Source: Balanoglossus misakiensis | Taxonomy: Eukaryota; Animalia; Hemichordata | DNA length: 64,000 nt | Direction: 5' to 3' | Assembly (NCBI GenBank): GCA_040954595.2 | Contig: CM082582.2 | Span: 1,426,001-1,490,000 of the forward strand | Shown: positions 27,050 through 38,525 of the stretch, piece by piece | Layout: each line of letters starts with the position of its first letter | Position numbering within the stretch: position 1 is the first letter of the stretch | Position numbers and translations under genes: made by a program | Notes under the pieces: generated by a model | The model's database searches: none | Told to the model about the DNA's origin: nothing | Seen by the model: only the letters and a program-made list of their open reading frames with translations

Positions 27050-28810
27050 TCACCTTTTAGGTTGATGACACCTGCATAACTCAATAATTATGTGCATGCG
27101 TAATTGTGGGGTCAATGAAAGGGGTGGTAGCGTGCTATTTGTTGCACATGGATCAATATGAAGTCCGATTTTCCCGTCAAGTTGTGGGCGACCTTATGTG
27201 ACCTTTCACCTACTTTTGCTTAGTGAGCATCCACAGCAGATGCATGCAGCTTTGGCTTGGGAGGGGGGGGGGGGGCATATACGGATGGGACCATAATGAT
27301 ATACCAAAGGCGGGGTCGTCTGTTGCACCTGCCTAAGTCATTGATTTTGTACATTTAATTGGACACTAACCAACAGGGCGATAGGTGTGGTTTTTGTTCC
27401 ACAGGGACGAATGTAAGTGTCAGTTGGTTTTTGCCCAAATGTCCATTGAGGCCTGTATCCGTGATCTTAAGGACTGGATGACCCAAAACAAGCTTCAACT
27501 CAACGACTCCAAAAACTGCGATTCTACTTATTCGTTCACAATTTCATCACTCTGCTGATGCTATTGACAAGATTACCATTGGTTCAAGCTCTGTTCCCGT
27601 CGTTAAATCAGCTCGCAATATTGGTGTAATATTTGACAATACGCACATGTATAAAGATCACATCAAGAAAACTTGTCAATCAATATATTACCACTTTCGC
27701 CGTGTCGGACAAATCAGGAAATTTCTTAACAAAGCAACATGTCAAACAGTGATTCATGCTATTTTGGCAGCGAAACTCGACTATGGTAATGCATTACTGT
27801 ATGGTATACCAGAACGCAGTCTGAACCTTCTACAACGCACACAAAATACAGCTGCAAGAATCATAACTCGGTCCAGGAAGTCTGCCCATATAACGCCAGT
27901 TCTTCAACTTCTTCATTGGTTACCAGTTTGCCACAGGATAGAGTATAAAATAAATCTGCTCACATACAAAGCCTTAAATAATCTCGCTCCGAACTATATC
28001 CGCGATCTCATTCGGACATATTCTCCTGGTCGCAGGCTTCGTTCAGCTAATAAGAGCCTTTTATGCACTACAATGTACAAACGTTCTTCATACGGTGGCC
28101 GAGCATTCTCTCATGCTGCAACGAAACTGTGGAACATTCGTCAAGCTCCAAGTTTGAGTATCTTTAAGAAAAGACTGAAGACGCATTATTTCGCAAGAGC
28201 ATATGGTGTGGGCCAATGAGCACAAGCGCCTTTGAGTATGACACTTGTTATAGATACTGGCGCAATACAAATTTCTCTGATTGATTGATTGATTGATGTA
28301 TAAGGTGATTTGGATGACCTCTGTCATAGAGTGCCATATCTCATCCCGTTGTACAGGTGCAGCTTTGGTATTTGGAGGGATGAAACTATCATGAAATGCC
28401 AAATACAGGGGGATACCTTTGACACCTGCTTGATTCATGTATTACGTGCATACCTAATGTTAGGCAAAGTGAAAGGGCTGCAAATGTAGGATTTGTTGCA
28501 CAAGACATAAACAGGAATGAAATTTTTCTGTCAAATTTTTGAATGACCTCAGGTGTCCATTGACCTGCTTTCCATATGTTAGCATGCACATCATATATAG
28601 CCACGTGTTTGGAGGGGTAGGGTAGGACCGTCATGAAATGCTAAATTCCTAGGGCCACCTGTAACTTACTTGCGTAACTCATTATTATGGCCATACCTAA
28701 TTTTAAAAACCCAAAGGACGAGAATTTTCCGTTGTCTTGAATATGAACCAAATAGGAATCCAAATTTTTGGCCCAATTTTTGGGTACCCTCAGCTGACCT
28801 TTGAAGTACT
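27050..28810. repeat. Old degenerate ~240-255-bp tandem repeat (about 4 units) interrupted by an L2 LINE
   Basis: Anchors TTTGTTGCAC/TTTGTTCCAC/GTTGTCTTG at ~27137, 27393, 28492 and 28731. CATGAAATGC.AAAT at 28390 and 28632. Spacing is ~240-256 after removing the LINE. Confidence 0.5.
27439..28297 (+). mobile_element. 5'-truncated L2-clade LINE (end of ORF2 plus 3' UTR and (TGAT)n tail)
   Basis: Translation CIRDLKDWMTQNKLQLNDSK/T...ARNIGVIFD...LDYGNALLYG...QNTAARII...HITPVLQLLHWLPV...RAFSHAATKLWN, with one frameshift near 27515. The 3' UTR has AAGCGCC...TGGCGC and a microsatellite tail. Confidence 0.93.
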
Positions 28811-29106
28811 TAACTGAAGTCCTTACATAACGTAGAAGTTCACTTGTAGTTGTTGTGTTTGTACTTGTAGGACATCCATTTCGGGTGGTTGCCTACTTCC
28901 CCATATCTCCACATCCAGAGCAAATACAGCCTACGCAATTGAATGGTACAACCCTGAATGGAGTCTAATGGTTATTATCTCTATGCTTGGGCCCCTTCAA
29001 TGCTGCTTGGAGCTTTAATTATTACTATTATTATTGTCACGATATAAAGACACCAACTAAAAACTTACAAAATCACAATGTCTTCACAACTCAAAATTTC
29101 ACTCAC

Positions 29107-30200
29107 TTCTTTTAGTTTGGTAGCCACCCCTCCTTTCTGTCCAAGCATAACAGGAGCACCATCACTGCCCAAAGCAGACAGACGATCTCTTAAGACAATA
29201 CCATTCTCTGAAGAAAACTCTTTCACTGACTGTGCAATGGTGTCTGCTCTGCCATCACCAACCTAAAACAGTGAAAATAAAACCTTTATGTTAACACATG
29301 CAATGTACAACTCAATGTTTGTCTCACCTGAAATAACTAGTCAGCAAAATCAATTAAATGAGGTCACTCAAAAACATGTTTAATCGTATGTTTTTAATTC
29401 AGTGTAGACTTAAAAATTGAAAAACTTTCCACTTACTTCTTTAACTCCAAGGAAAGACACAACTGACTTCCCAGACTTCAAGGTGTACTTGGAATAGATG
29501 ATTAATTGCTTCAATACAGCCACATCAGTTGTTTTCATCTATTAACAGTGAATAGAAGTTACTTCCTTTCATCTTCTCTAAAATCTCATCACGGATGACT
29601 TTGCCTGAAAAATGAAATAAATGAAAATTACTCTTCAGATTAAACTTATCAAAATTCACAGTAATTTGTACAGTAATTATTCTTTATTGAGTGTAACACT
29701 ATTGCTTAAACAGTGATCCTTTCTTGAAAACAACCAGGTTTAAATAAATGTTACTACATTGCCTACAATTTAGATCTGCACAAAAATCAGTAGACCTACT
29801 TACCAATGCAATAAACCATTATAGTTGTGGTCATCACTGCTGAGAGTACCAAGGAATGAACACCCGAGGGACTTTGCCAATTCCAAAACATGGATGAAGT
29901 TGGTGGTGTGCGGCAATTCTCTGTGCATGAGAAAATACATGCATCGTAGGACGCCGATGCATGAAGGCTTGCGTCTCAAAGGTGATGACCTTGTCAAATG
30001 CAGCCACAAGACCGCTGCTGTTCTCCATAACTGCTGCCTCGGCGTCAAGCTGCATTGCCGCCCAGGCGATAATCGTCTCTTCATGCTGCTTGAGTTTGTC
30101 TTCGCGAAGGGTGGTACATGTACATGGAGATGTTGTAACCCAAGTCCCTCCGCACTTGGCCTTCTGCTTGTGTTTTGTACAAAGGCGACAAAACATCCCT
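29107..30200 (-). pseudogene. Degraded intron-containing hAT transposase (ZNF862-like)
   Basis: Exon 30200-29804: MFCRLC...REDKLKQHE...LRCMYFLMHRELPHTTNF. Exon 29604-29437: FYSLLIDE/TTDVAVLKQLIIY. Exon 29262-29107: LGSDGAPVMLGQKGGVATKLKE. Introns are GT-AG with GTAAGT/GTGAGT donors. Frameshifts are present. Confidence 0.88.
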
Positions 30201-31326
30201 AAACTGAATAAATATCATTCTCTCAAATGCCAGCCGCATGCGGGAGCGTGCACCAGAAACAATAAATATTTACCAAGGCGGGAATGAAAAGAAAGCAGGG
30301 CGGCGCGTAAGATAGCAGGGTGGCAAAAAATAAAGGAGGGCGGGCCTGCCCAGCTAACCCCCCCCCCCAAAGTATTAACGCTCTGTGTTTACCATAGACT
30401 AATAGTGTCTCAAATTTTACCCTGTGTGAACCTGGTAAGAGACGTGTCTCAAATCTGAGAAGATTCAGGACCACTTAAACCATTCACCAATAATAATTTA
30501 TGCCAGTATTTGATCTGAGACGTTTTAGCAATTTCTTGTGTGACCCCCATATCAGTTGAAGCTGACAAATCCAGTATTTTGAATTTTTACATGGATTTTG
30601 TATACAGTGTGAATTGTAATTAAAGCTCCATTACCTTTACCTTTTTCCTATGTTTTCAGTATCTTTGTTTAGCAGTTTCTTGTGCAAATTCCCGAAACAT
30701 GATGAAACATATATGTGTATGGTCAGCATTGTTATTGTGCCAAATTGGAATTTAAGTCCAGACTAGAATCCATGAATTATTGTCAACAATGACAATGGCC
30801 ATTATACACATACATTCTGTGCTGACAAGTAACAATCTGTGTGGAGTAGAACATGAAATCGCATTTGCTACATAGAACAAAAATACTGGAAATAAAGCCA
30901 AAAGATACAACGAATGTATATTTAACTTTAACTGCATTCTCATTCTCATCTGTATATATTTTACTGAGATTGTTTCATCAGGGTTTATCAGTATTCTAAA
31001 CCAGCTTATGTGTGCATACAATCTGATTAAAATCAGATGTAGGGTACGGCGACGTCTTTTACTTCGCAGTACGGTATTCTTATACTGTCGCCTCACACTA
31101 CATCTGACCAACTCCCATAGAAGCTCCCGTTGAAAACTCTAGTAAACCAATCAGACGGTGCCTTATAGAGAACTTTAGGTATCCTTCAGTTTTGATTGAC
31201 ATAACGTGCAATCTGATTGGCTTGGCCGCAACGGGACGTTGAACAAGCTTCTATATCTGATTCATATAATACTGAAAGGGTTAAGAATGGCACACACTAC
31301 ATGTATGAGCTCATGGAATGTGTTTC

Positions 31327-31535
31327 TTCCCATAGGATAACATTGAGAATTGATAGAAAACCCTTTTCTACTATTGTAATTTTAAGAAGTTTCACTCATA
31401 ACTCATCCAAATGAAATTAAATTGAGTGATTCATATAAGTTGTAGGCTCACCACTGTGCTCAGTTTTGAGATAAACTTAAATGTGTCCATGCCTATAGAA
31501 AAATAACATAGAAAGACCTATGGTGAAAAATGTTG
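31327..31535 (+). repeat. Dispersed repeat fragment, paralogous to 26018-26190
   Basis: Same shared motifs as 26018-26190. Confidence 0.65.
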
Positions 31536-32531
31536 ACTTTAATTCAGGCTGCATTAGTCGAAAAATAATCATACTTTGTCTGGCATAGAAACTCAGAATC
31601 TACAAAAAAGGCCTTTAAAACATGAATGGAAATGAAAATACTGCTACAATAAGAAATTCTTACCTTGAATAAAGTATTTATTGGTACCACCACTTCCATA
31701 AAGAAACCACTTTGCTGGTGTAATGAGTTGTCAATCTGGGTTTGCTCATTGGCCTTGCTTTGAGTTCCAATTCATGATGATGGTGTATTAGGACACTGGA
31801 CTTGAAACAGGTGTATGCTGGTATTATACACGTTGAAAGTATTGTCATTCTTTTAATTGTGGATTTTTGGATTATGCTGTGTATGTATAATGAGAATCCG
31901 TTAAAAATTGTAGGGGTCATTGCCCTTTTTAAAAAAAATACAGAGCCATGAATTTAGTTGATAATAGAAGAAATTTGCTGTCTCAGCATTTTTCACCAAT
32001 GCTTTGTCTATGGGCGAAGATTTTAACGCGATTTATCTCATAATAGAGCTTGGTGACCACATAATTTTTTTTGACCAATGAATTTACGTTTACTTGACTG
32101 AGGTATGTGTAAAATTTCGTGAAAAAGACAATAGTAGAAGTTTGTTTTCTGGCAATTATCGATGTAATCCTTTCAGGAACAGACACACATGCACTGTTTA
32201 TCAGTTTATGTTGTGCGTGTACATCCTTAAATGGTATTTGCCTCTCATGCCTTCCAAATTGTGGTTCTGTTCTAGTGTTTTTGTTAAGGGCGGTACCTAG
32301 ATAAAATCTACCGGAGTACCCCAGTCACTCCGAATTAAAACAACAGAACAAGGCCAATGTCACAGTGGTCAGGCAGTCTACCAGACTTCCCCAGTCATTT
32401 TACCGGGGTTCCCCTGGGTGTATCAATGTGGTTATATTAGGAGGTTATAGGAATATTAACGGGGTTCCCAAATCCATTACCAGTGTTCCCCGACCTTTGC
32501 AAAAACACTGTGGTCTTTTTATCCTCCACAG

Positions 32532-32745
32532 GAAGAGACAAAGAAAAGCATAGCAACCTCTGCTGATACTGCCACAACAAGCACAAGCACAAACACACCC
32601 CAGCCTGTAGCTTCTGCGAACCAACAACCCCCACCCTATCCAGCCGCAGCATACCAGCAACACTTCCAGCAGATGTCATACCCGAACCCATTCGTGTCTC
32701 AGTACGCTGCGTTTGCAGGAGCCGGACAGCCGCCACGATATAACA
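32532..32745 (+). pseudogene. Orphan coding-like exon fragment (T/P/Q/Y/A-rich)
   Basis: Acceptor TCTTTTTATCCTCCACAG, then EETKKSIATSADTATTSTSTNTPQPVASANQQPPPYPAAAYQQHFQQMSYPNPFVSQYAAFAGAGQPPRY. GC-rich relative to flanks, and runs into the 170-bp repeat with no donor site. Confidence 0.55.
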
Positions 32746-32754
32746 TCAATTATA

Positions 32755-34207
32755 TTTGTTTTCTGAAAATGCCTATTGTTGACCAAAAGATGGCTAAATG
32801 GCAATTTTGTACTGAGCGGGGTGTCTCAATAAGACCGTTGTGCTGGTATCAGCATATTTTTTGCACACACACACACACAAAAAACGAATTTACATACATC
32901 ACAAGGGCTCTGAATATAAAGGAATAAGTTTGTATTTATTTTTTCTAACAGTTACCTTTTTGAGCAAAGAGGCCAAAATGATATTTTTTTCCCTCAGTGG
33001 GGTCAGTAAGAGTGGGTTTTTTAGTACTTTTATTTATCATTTGATCACCAATGGGAAGAAAATGGCATAATTTTCGTATTTTCTAGAAATGACACTTTTT
33101 GGGCAAAAACTTGCCAAAAAGGCACTTTTATCTTGAGTGGCATCAATAAAACTGCTTTTTTGGAAACTTTTCACATACAGTGGGCATATAATTCATTATC
33201 AGATCTCCGAAAGTGAAGAAAATATATAAATTTTGAGTGTTTTCTGAAAATGACGTTTTGGGGGCAAAAAGTGGCAAAATGGCATTTTTTCTTGAGTAGG
33301 ATCAATAAGACTGCTATTTCTGGAATCAGCACCATTTTTTACATAGGATGAACATTTCATATATAACATGATCTCTGAGCTTTATGAAGAAAAGTTTGTT
33401 TTTAATTTTTTTTCTAAAAATGGCCTTTTTGGGCAAAAACTTTCCAAAAGGGCATTTTTGCATTAGGTTGGGTCAATAAATCTGCTTTTTTTCGAATAAT
33501 CACCAGATTTTACATAGGGTGGGCATATAATACATTATCAGATCTCCGAAAGTGAAGAAAATATATAAATTTTGTGTGTTTTCTGAAAATGACGTTTTGG
33601 GGCAAAAAGTGGCAAAAATGGCATTTTTTCTTGAGTAGGGTCAATAAGACTGCTATTTCTGGAATCAGCACCATTTTTTACATAGAATGGACATTTCATA
33701 TATCCAATGATCTCTGAATATGATAAACACAATTTATTTTTAGTTTTTTTGTAAAAATGACCTTTTTTGACCACAAAAAGTGGCCAAAAATGGCATTTTT
33801 GTATTGATTGAGGTCAAAAAGACTGCTTTATTTTTTAAAGTCACCACTTTTAACATAGAATTGACTTTCCATATATCACCAGCTCAATCATTATGAAGAA
33901 AACCGTGTGTTTTATTTTTTTTCTAAAAATGACGTTTTTGGGGCAAAAATTGGTCAAAAAGGCAATTTTCTGTTGTTTTGGGTCAATCGAACTACTTTTT
34001 TCGTAATATTCACCAAATTTTACATAGAATAAGCATATCATATGTTATCAGATCTCAGAATGTGACGAAAACAATGTGTTTTTAGTGTTTTCTAAAAAAG
34101 ACCATTTTGGGGTTAAAAAAGGCCAAAATGGCAATTTTGTCTTGAGTGGGGTTAATAAGACTGACTTTTTTGGAATGAGCACCATTTTTTACATAGAATG
34201 GACTTCT
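32755..34207. repeat. ~170-bp tandem repeat (about 9 units) with a ~339-bp dimer
   Basis: TTTTCT.AAAATG...GGGCAAAAA...GGCA.TTTT recurs every ~170 bp. AGATCTCCGAAAGTGAAGAAAATATATAAATTTTG occurs at 33201 and 33540. Confidence 0.9.
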
Positions 34208-35989
34208 CAAACCTTCCTTACCAAAAATTCTGATTAACGGCACCTATCTCATAGTGTAACCAGACTACAAGTGAAGAACCCCAGTAACAGACGTAACGAA
34301 CAAACAAACTACATGTACTAACAACAAAGAAAGAAAAGTGTCAAGCGTCGTCAAAGAAAACGAAATAGTTCTAGCATGGTTGGTAAAAGTTATTGGTAGA
34401 AAACGAATAGGGCCTTCTACAAATGACGTCTCAGACCCGCAAACGCCACCAGAACACAAAACACATGCACAGAACAGTTTAAGCCGGTTGTTGTATGGAG
34501 CAGCAATAATCTGCGGTTGGGCCGTCGTAGATTTTCGCTGGTGGTGAAAATAAATAAAACACGATCGATGTTCGATTTATTCCAGATCACATGCGTTTAC
34601 GGCCAGAAGAGAGCATAAAAGTCTTCAAATGACCATGTGGTGGCGCACTTTTTCCGATTGGCTGTATTTCAATTTGTTCGTGGTAAATTAATTTTGTGGA
34701 GGTGACCGGCACTGAAGCTCTTAGCTAGGATGAGGTGGGATGGAAAAATGCCCCATTTGACTCATTTTAGCTGTTTTAAAATATACGACTATTTATAGAC
34801 AAAAGGAAAATAAAACAAGCGCAAAAACATACCAAACCTAGTTTTATTAATTACAAAAAAAATTGCTGAGTAAAGGTTTTCATGTGGGCATTCACTTTGA
34901 ACTTGCTAAATTAATTTAAAGAGACAAAGTCGCTCTCTCTTTGTCCTTTTGCGATGATGGAATGCTTGCTTGAAGTCTCTCGTGCAATAAATGATGTCGA
35001 TTCATACATGTATGGATGGTGTATAGGTGGTCGGAATTTACATGTCTTTGCCACGTCCAAACCAAAAACACATAAAATCAAACTTTGGGTCATGAAATCG
35101 AGTTTTGTTACAGTCTAGAATTTCATGCCACCCCTTTTGGTCATATTATTCTTGGTAGGCAAAAGTGACAAGTAGTCAAGTTTCAACACAGGCAACATTT
35201 TTACAAACAAACCACAAAGAAGACATCAAAAGGGAGAGAATTATAGAATGGTCAATGTGTGAATAGTTAAGATACGTAAAGTGGCCGGGTTCAACATAAC
35301 ATTAACTCATCGACTTCATATCGTCTTCATGCCATGGTTTTGCCTGCCCTGAAAGTTCTTGTCGTTGCAGAAGTGGTTTTGACAGAAAGAATTTAGTCTT
35401 CCGGGATGTTTGTGATTATTTGAACACCAGACAATACAATGCAACCTTGACTTCCAAAATACTTACCGGCATTGCATTATCTTACCATGGTTAGGCCTAC
35501 AGAGAACAAATTTTCAACAATATTTTCTGAGTTACCGCTGATATTTGTTTTGTAGTATGGATATTAAATTATACATCCCGATACAAAACAGAATGTTATA
35601 GAATCCTTCCTGAGTGATATTGAAAAAAATACCGGAATGCTATAGCCTAATCTATGGTTAGGGTTATTGCTATTATTTTATATCAGTAATCGACTTTGTG
35701 TATATCAATGTCATTTTCATAACGAAAATGAACTCGAGTCTAATGTAAACGTTACGAATTGATCGAAAGGCGCTCTGATGAATGTTAACACGAGTGCGCA
35801 ATGACAAGACATGCATCGTGCATGACAGTGACAACAGTTCCAATAGAGCAGTTAAAAAATAAACCGGCCGTCCGTAAATTTATCAGCTATATTTTTTTTT
35901 ATTTAGTCACGTTTTCCCTGTTGCATGCTATTAGTTCAGGGGCCAGTTTTAGCAGTGCTCTATTGAGTACTTTCGTATCGATGGATTGA

Positions 35990-36450
35990 TCTCTCGTCCA
36001 ATCAGAATGGCGGATGGTAGCATGATCCGACATATTGCGTATTACAATAGGGCTTCCTCATACAGGTCAGAACAGAGAGGTCATTCCTTTTATTTTAGGA
36101 CGTCTCAGCTCCTTTGTCTTTTCTGTTATTTTTTGACAAATGCGGATTGACGTTCCATTTCCAATTGGCGATAATTATATTTATTTGTATTTTATTGCAT
36201 AAGCGCTTGCTAGTCGTTTTTTAGCAATTTTTTTTGTAGTACAAAAACACTGAAGAAAACGAAATATTTTATTCATTCGCACTTCCAAAGAACACCGTGA
36301 CATAATTCCTCAATTTGCATTTCAGTGTGTGTGTCTGGTGTGTCTGCATTGACGTGAGGCGCATTCTCCACCCGCACACATACGTTGCATTGCATTCTTT
36401 GACTAATTAGTGTTACGTCATGTTGAAGCAGGATTCTGATTGAGTAGTAA
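35990..36450 (+). promoter_or_regulatory. Candidate promoter/first exon of the putative spliced transcript
   Basis: CCAAT next to YY1-like AATGGCGG (~35998-36016). CRE-like TGACGTGA and TTACGTCA. GTAAGT donors at 36447 and 36451. These motifs are short and not diagnostic alone. Confidence 0.3.
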
Positions 36451-36526
36451 GTAAGTTGCATAATTGACGCACAGCTGGTGCCTCGTTCTCGTACCGCTGA
36501 CCATTGCATTTGAAAAATCATTGCAG

Positions 36527-36589
36527 CTTTGACGTTCATCAAGCATGGAGGTCCCGGTCGCCTCCATGCTTGATGATGTCGTTTCTCTG
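36527..36589 (+). ncRNA. Putative exon E0 (63 nt) containing a perfect 15-bp hairpin
   Basis: CATTGCAG|...CTG|GTAAGCA with upstream branch-like GCTGAC. Stem CATCAAGCATGGAGG/CCTCCATGCTTGATG. Confidence 0.5.
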
Positions 36590-36834
36590 GTAAGCATGGC
36601 ATTTAATGTTATTTTACAAGTACATGTACACTCCTTCTAGCAAAAACTGGTCGTGGTAGGGCGAGAGGGTCCTCCCAACATCGAAATTCTGACTTTGGGA
36701 AGCGTTACAGCACCAAACAGTAAACTCACAGTCGCATGGAATTTGTGCGTTATATTACACCGTGCGAGTAAATTGTACGTCGTTCGTTGGCTCGAGTCAG
36801 CTTTGTTATTGTGGAGCAGGTGGTACCGTAACAC

Positions 36835-37248
36835 CACAGGGGGCTCTCCCTAGGCGATTTTATTGTTTGTTTGTTGTTGTTGATTGGCATAATAAACAAA
36901 TACATATTTCTTTATTAATAAATATGGTTTGTTGACATGTAAGGGTTAGGTTATTAGGGTATATTTGACAGGTTATGGTATATTCAACGGTTAGAATTAG
37001 TGTTGGCATTTTTTCGATCCATGGCCGGCATCACCCCCCCCCAAACCCCCCCCCCACCCCCTGTGGCTTAGTGATGCCCGGGGCCGTGGATCGAAAAAAA
37101 TGCCAACAGTAACCCTAACTGTTGAATATACCCTAACACTTACATGTCAACAAACCATATTTATTAATAAAGAAATATGTATTTGTTTATTATGCCAATC
37201 AACAACAACAAACAAACAATAAAATCGCGGAGGGAGGAGCCCCCTGTG
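36835..37248. mobile_element. 414-bp foldback/MITE with 7-bp TSD (P-element-like termini)
   Basis: GTAACAC|CACAGGGGGCTC...GAGCCCCCTGTG|GTAACAC. Inverted arms of ~190 bp surround a C-rich loop. Confidence 0.9.
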
Positions 37249-37451
37249 GTAACACACTACAGTATAACTTTTAAGGCAAAGCGATAGCGAATAAACTGAC
37301 CAGGGTTGGTTTTGTTGTTGGGGAGATTTTTGGCACCATTGAGACTGTTAAAAGCTACCAGTGGGAGCTATGGTATAGCCGTTAACACGCAGCCCTGCCA
37401 CGCAGAGCTTCTATGACTGGTTACTAACTTCTATGTCTATTTGATTCACAG

Positions 37452-37526
37452 ATGCTGCCTGAAACTGTCTGCGTTTCAACTCGGGATTCTCTTCCTTGTC
37501 CGGGGCGAGTTTAAGACCGCTCAATG
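37452..37526 (+). ncRNA. Putative exon A (75 nt)
   Basis: Perfect TACTAAC branch point, acceptor TTGATTCACAG|, donor |GTAAGCA. Confidence 0.6.
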
Positions 37527-37768
37527 GTAAGCATGACTTGCTTTATATTTGCTTTTATCGGGTGTTGCAACCGAAACAATAGGAAGAAATGTATGTCTAC
37601 GAACTAATTTACATATTCCAGCTTTCAATACAATGTACCTGTTTTTTCCCCTTCGAATTCTGGCCTCGATTGCTTGTGATATGATCGTGATGTCATGAAT
37701 TAGATGGACAACTCACAAGTTCAAATCTTCACGTGGAGCATAAAATAAATGTGGATGCATTTCCTTAA

Positions 37769-38114
37769 AGGGACGAAGTCTCTCTCTCGCTGCCCTTTTT
37801 TCCATTAATTATATTTGATACAAGACACCGTTTGTTATTCTACATGTAGATATATAGTGAATGAACGTTCAGCCACACACAACTTCCGTCCCACTTGTAG
37901 ACACGAGAGTAAAATACTCGCCAAAATGAATAATCGTTCTTTACCATTTATTCATTTTGGGCGAGTTTTTACTCTCATATCATACAAGCGGGATGGAAGT
38001 TTTGTGTGGTTGATCATTTATTCACTATATATCCAAATGTACATTGACATAAACAGTGTCTTGTATCAAACATAATTAATGGAAAAAGGACAGCGACAGA
38101 GAGACTTTGTCCCT
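37769..38114. mobile_element. Palindromic TTAA-flanked MITE (Kolobok-like), full-length copy 3
   Basis: TTAA|AGGGACGAAGTCTCTCT...AGAGAGACTTTGTCCCT|TTAA. The empty site CATTTCC-TTAA-CCATATAGCT is present in the duplicate at 44232. Confidence 0.96.
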
Positions 38115-38452
38115 TTAACCATATAGCTAAAATTACTCCCATATCAATACACAGGGAGATACTTTAACTTTGGCTGAACGTGTGCTAGTCCAACACTATG
38201 CTTAATCAAACTGGCTAAGAGATCTGTTATTATATTAGACGCATGAAGGAAAGTAATGTTGTTTAGAGTGAAATAAAACAATACTTTAGGCCAGAAAGAA
38301 AAATGTAAATCATGACACAAATAGGCTGGAAATTTTTTCTGACCCTATATTATACCATGTTTTGCATATTTTCACTAATTTGTATGGCCCACATAATTCT
38401 AAAGCAAGGTTGATTGGTTACTAATTAATATTTGCATATATTTGATTCACAG

Positions 38453-38525
38453 TCTTAAACACAGCATTTCAACGTATGCCGGAGGAGGAAGAGAATACCT
38501 AGGCCTGATCCAAGACCGCTTTCCG
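38453..38525 (+). ncRNA. Putative exon B (73 nt)
   Basis: TACTAAT branch-like motif, TTTGATTCACAG| acceptor, CCG|GTAAGCA donor. Confidence 0.6.

Noticed and set aside
34275-34547. ~90-codon open frame after the 170-bp repeats
   Set aside because: No recognisable motif, ATG or splice signals.
35316-35445. Minus-strand HCIVWCSNN...FCQNHF resembling a THAP domain
   Set aside because: Spacing is too short and the conserved P/W core is absent; could be chance and needs an HMM search.
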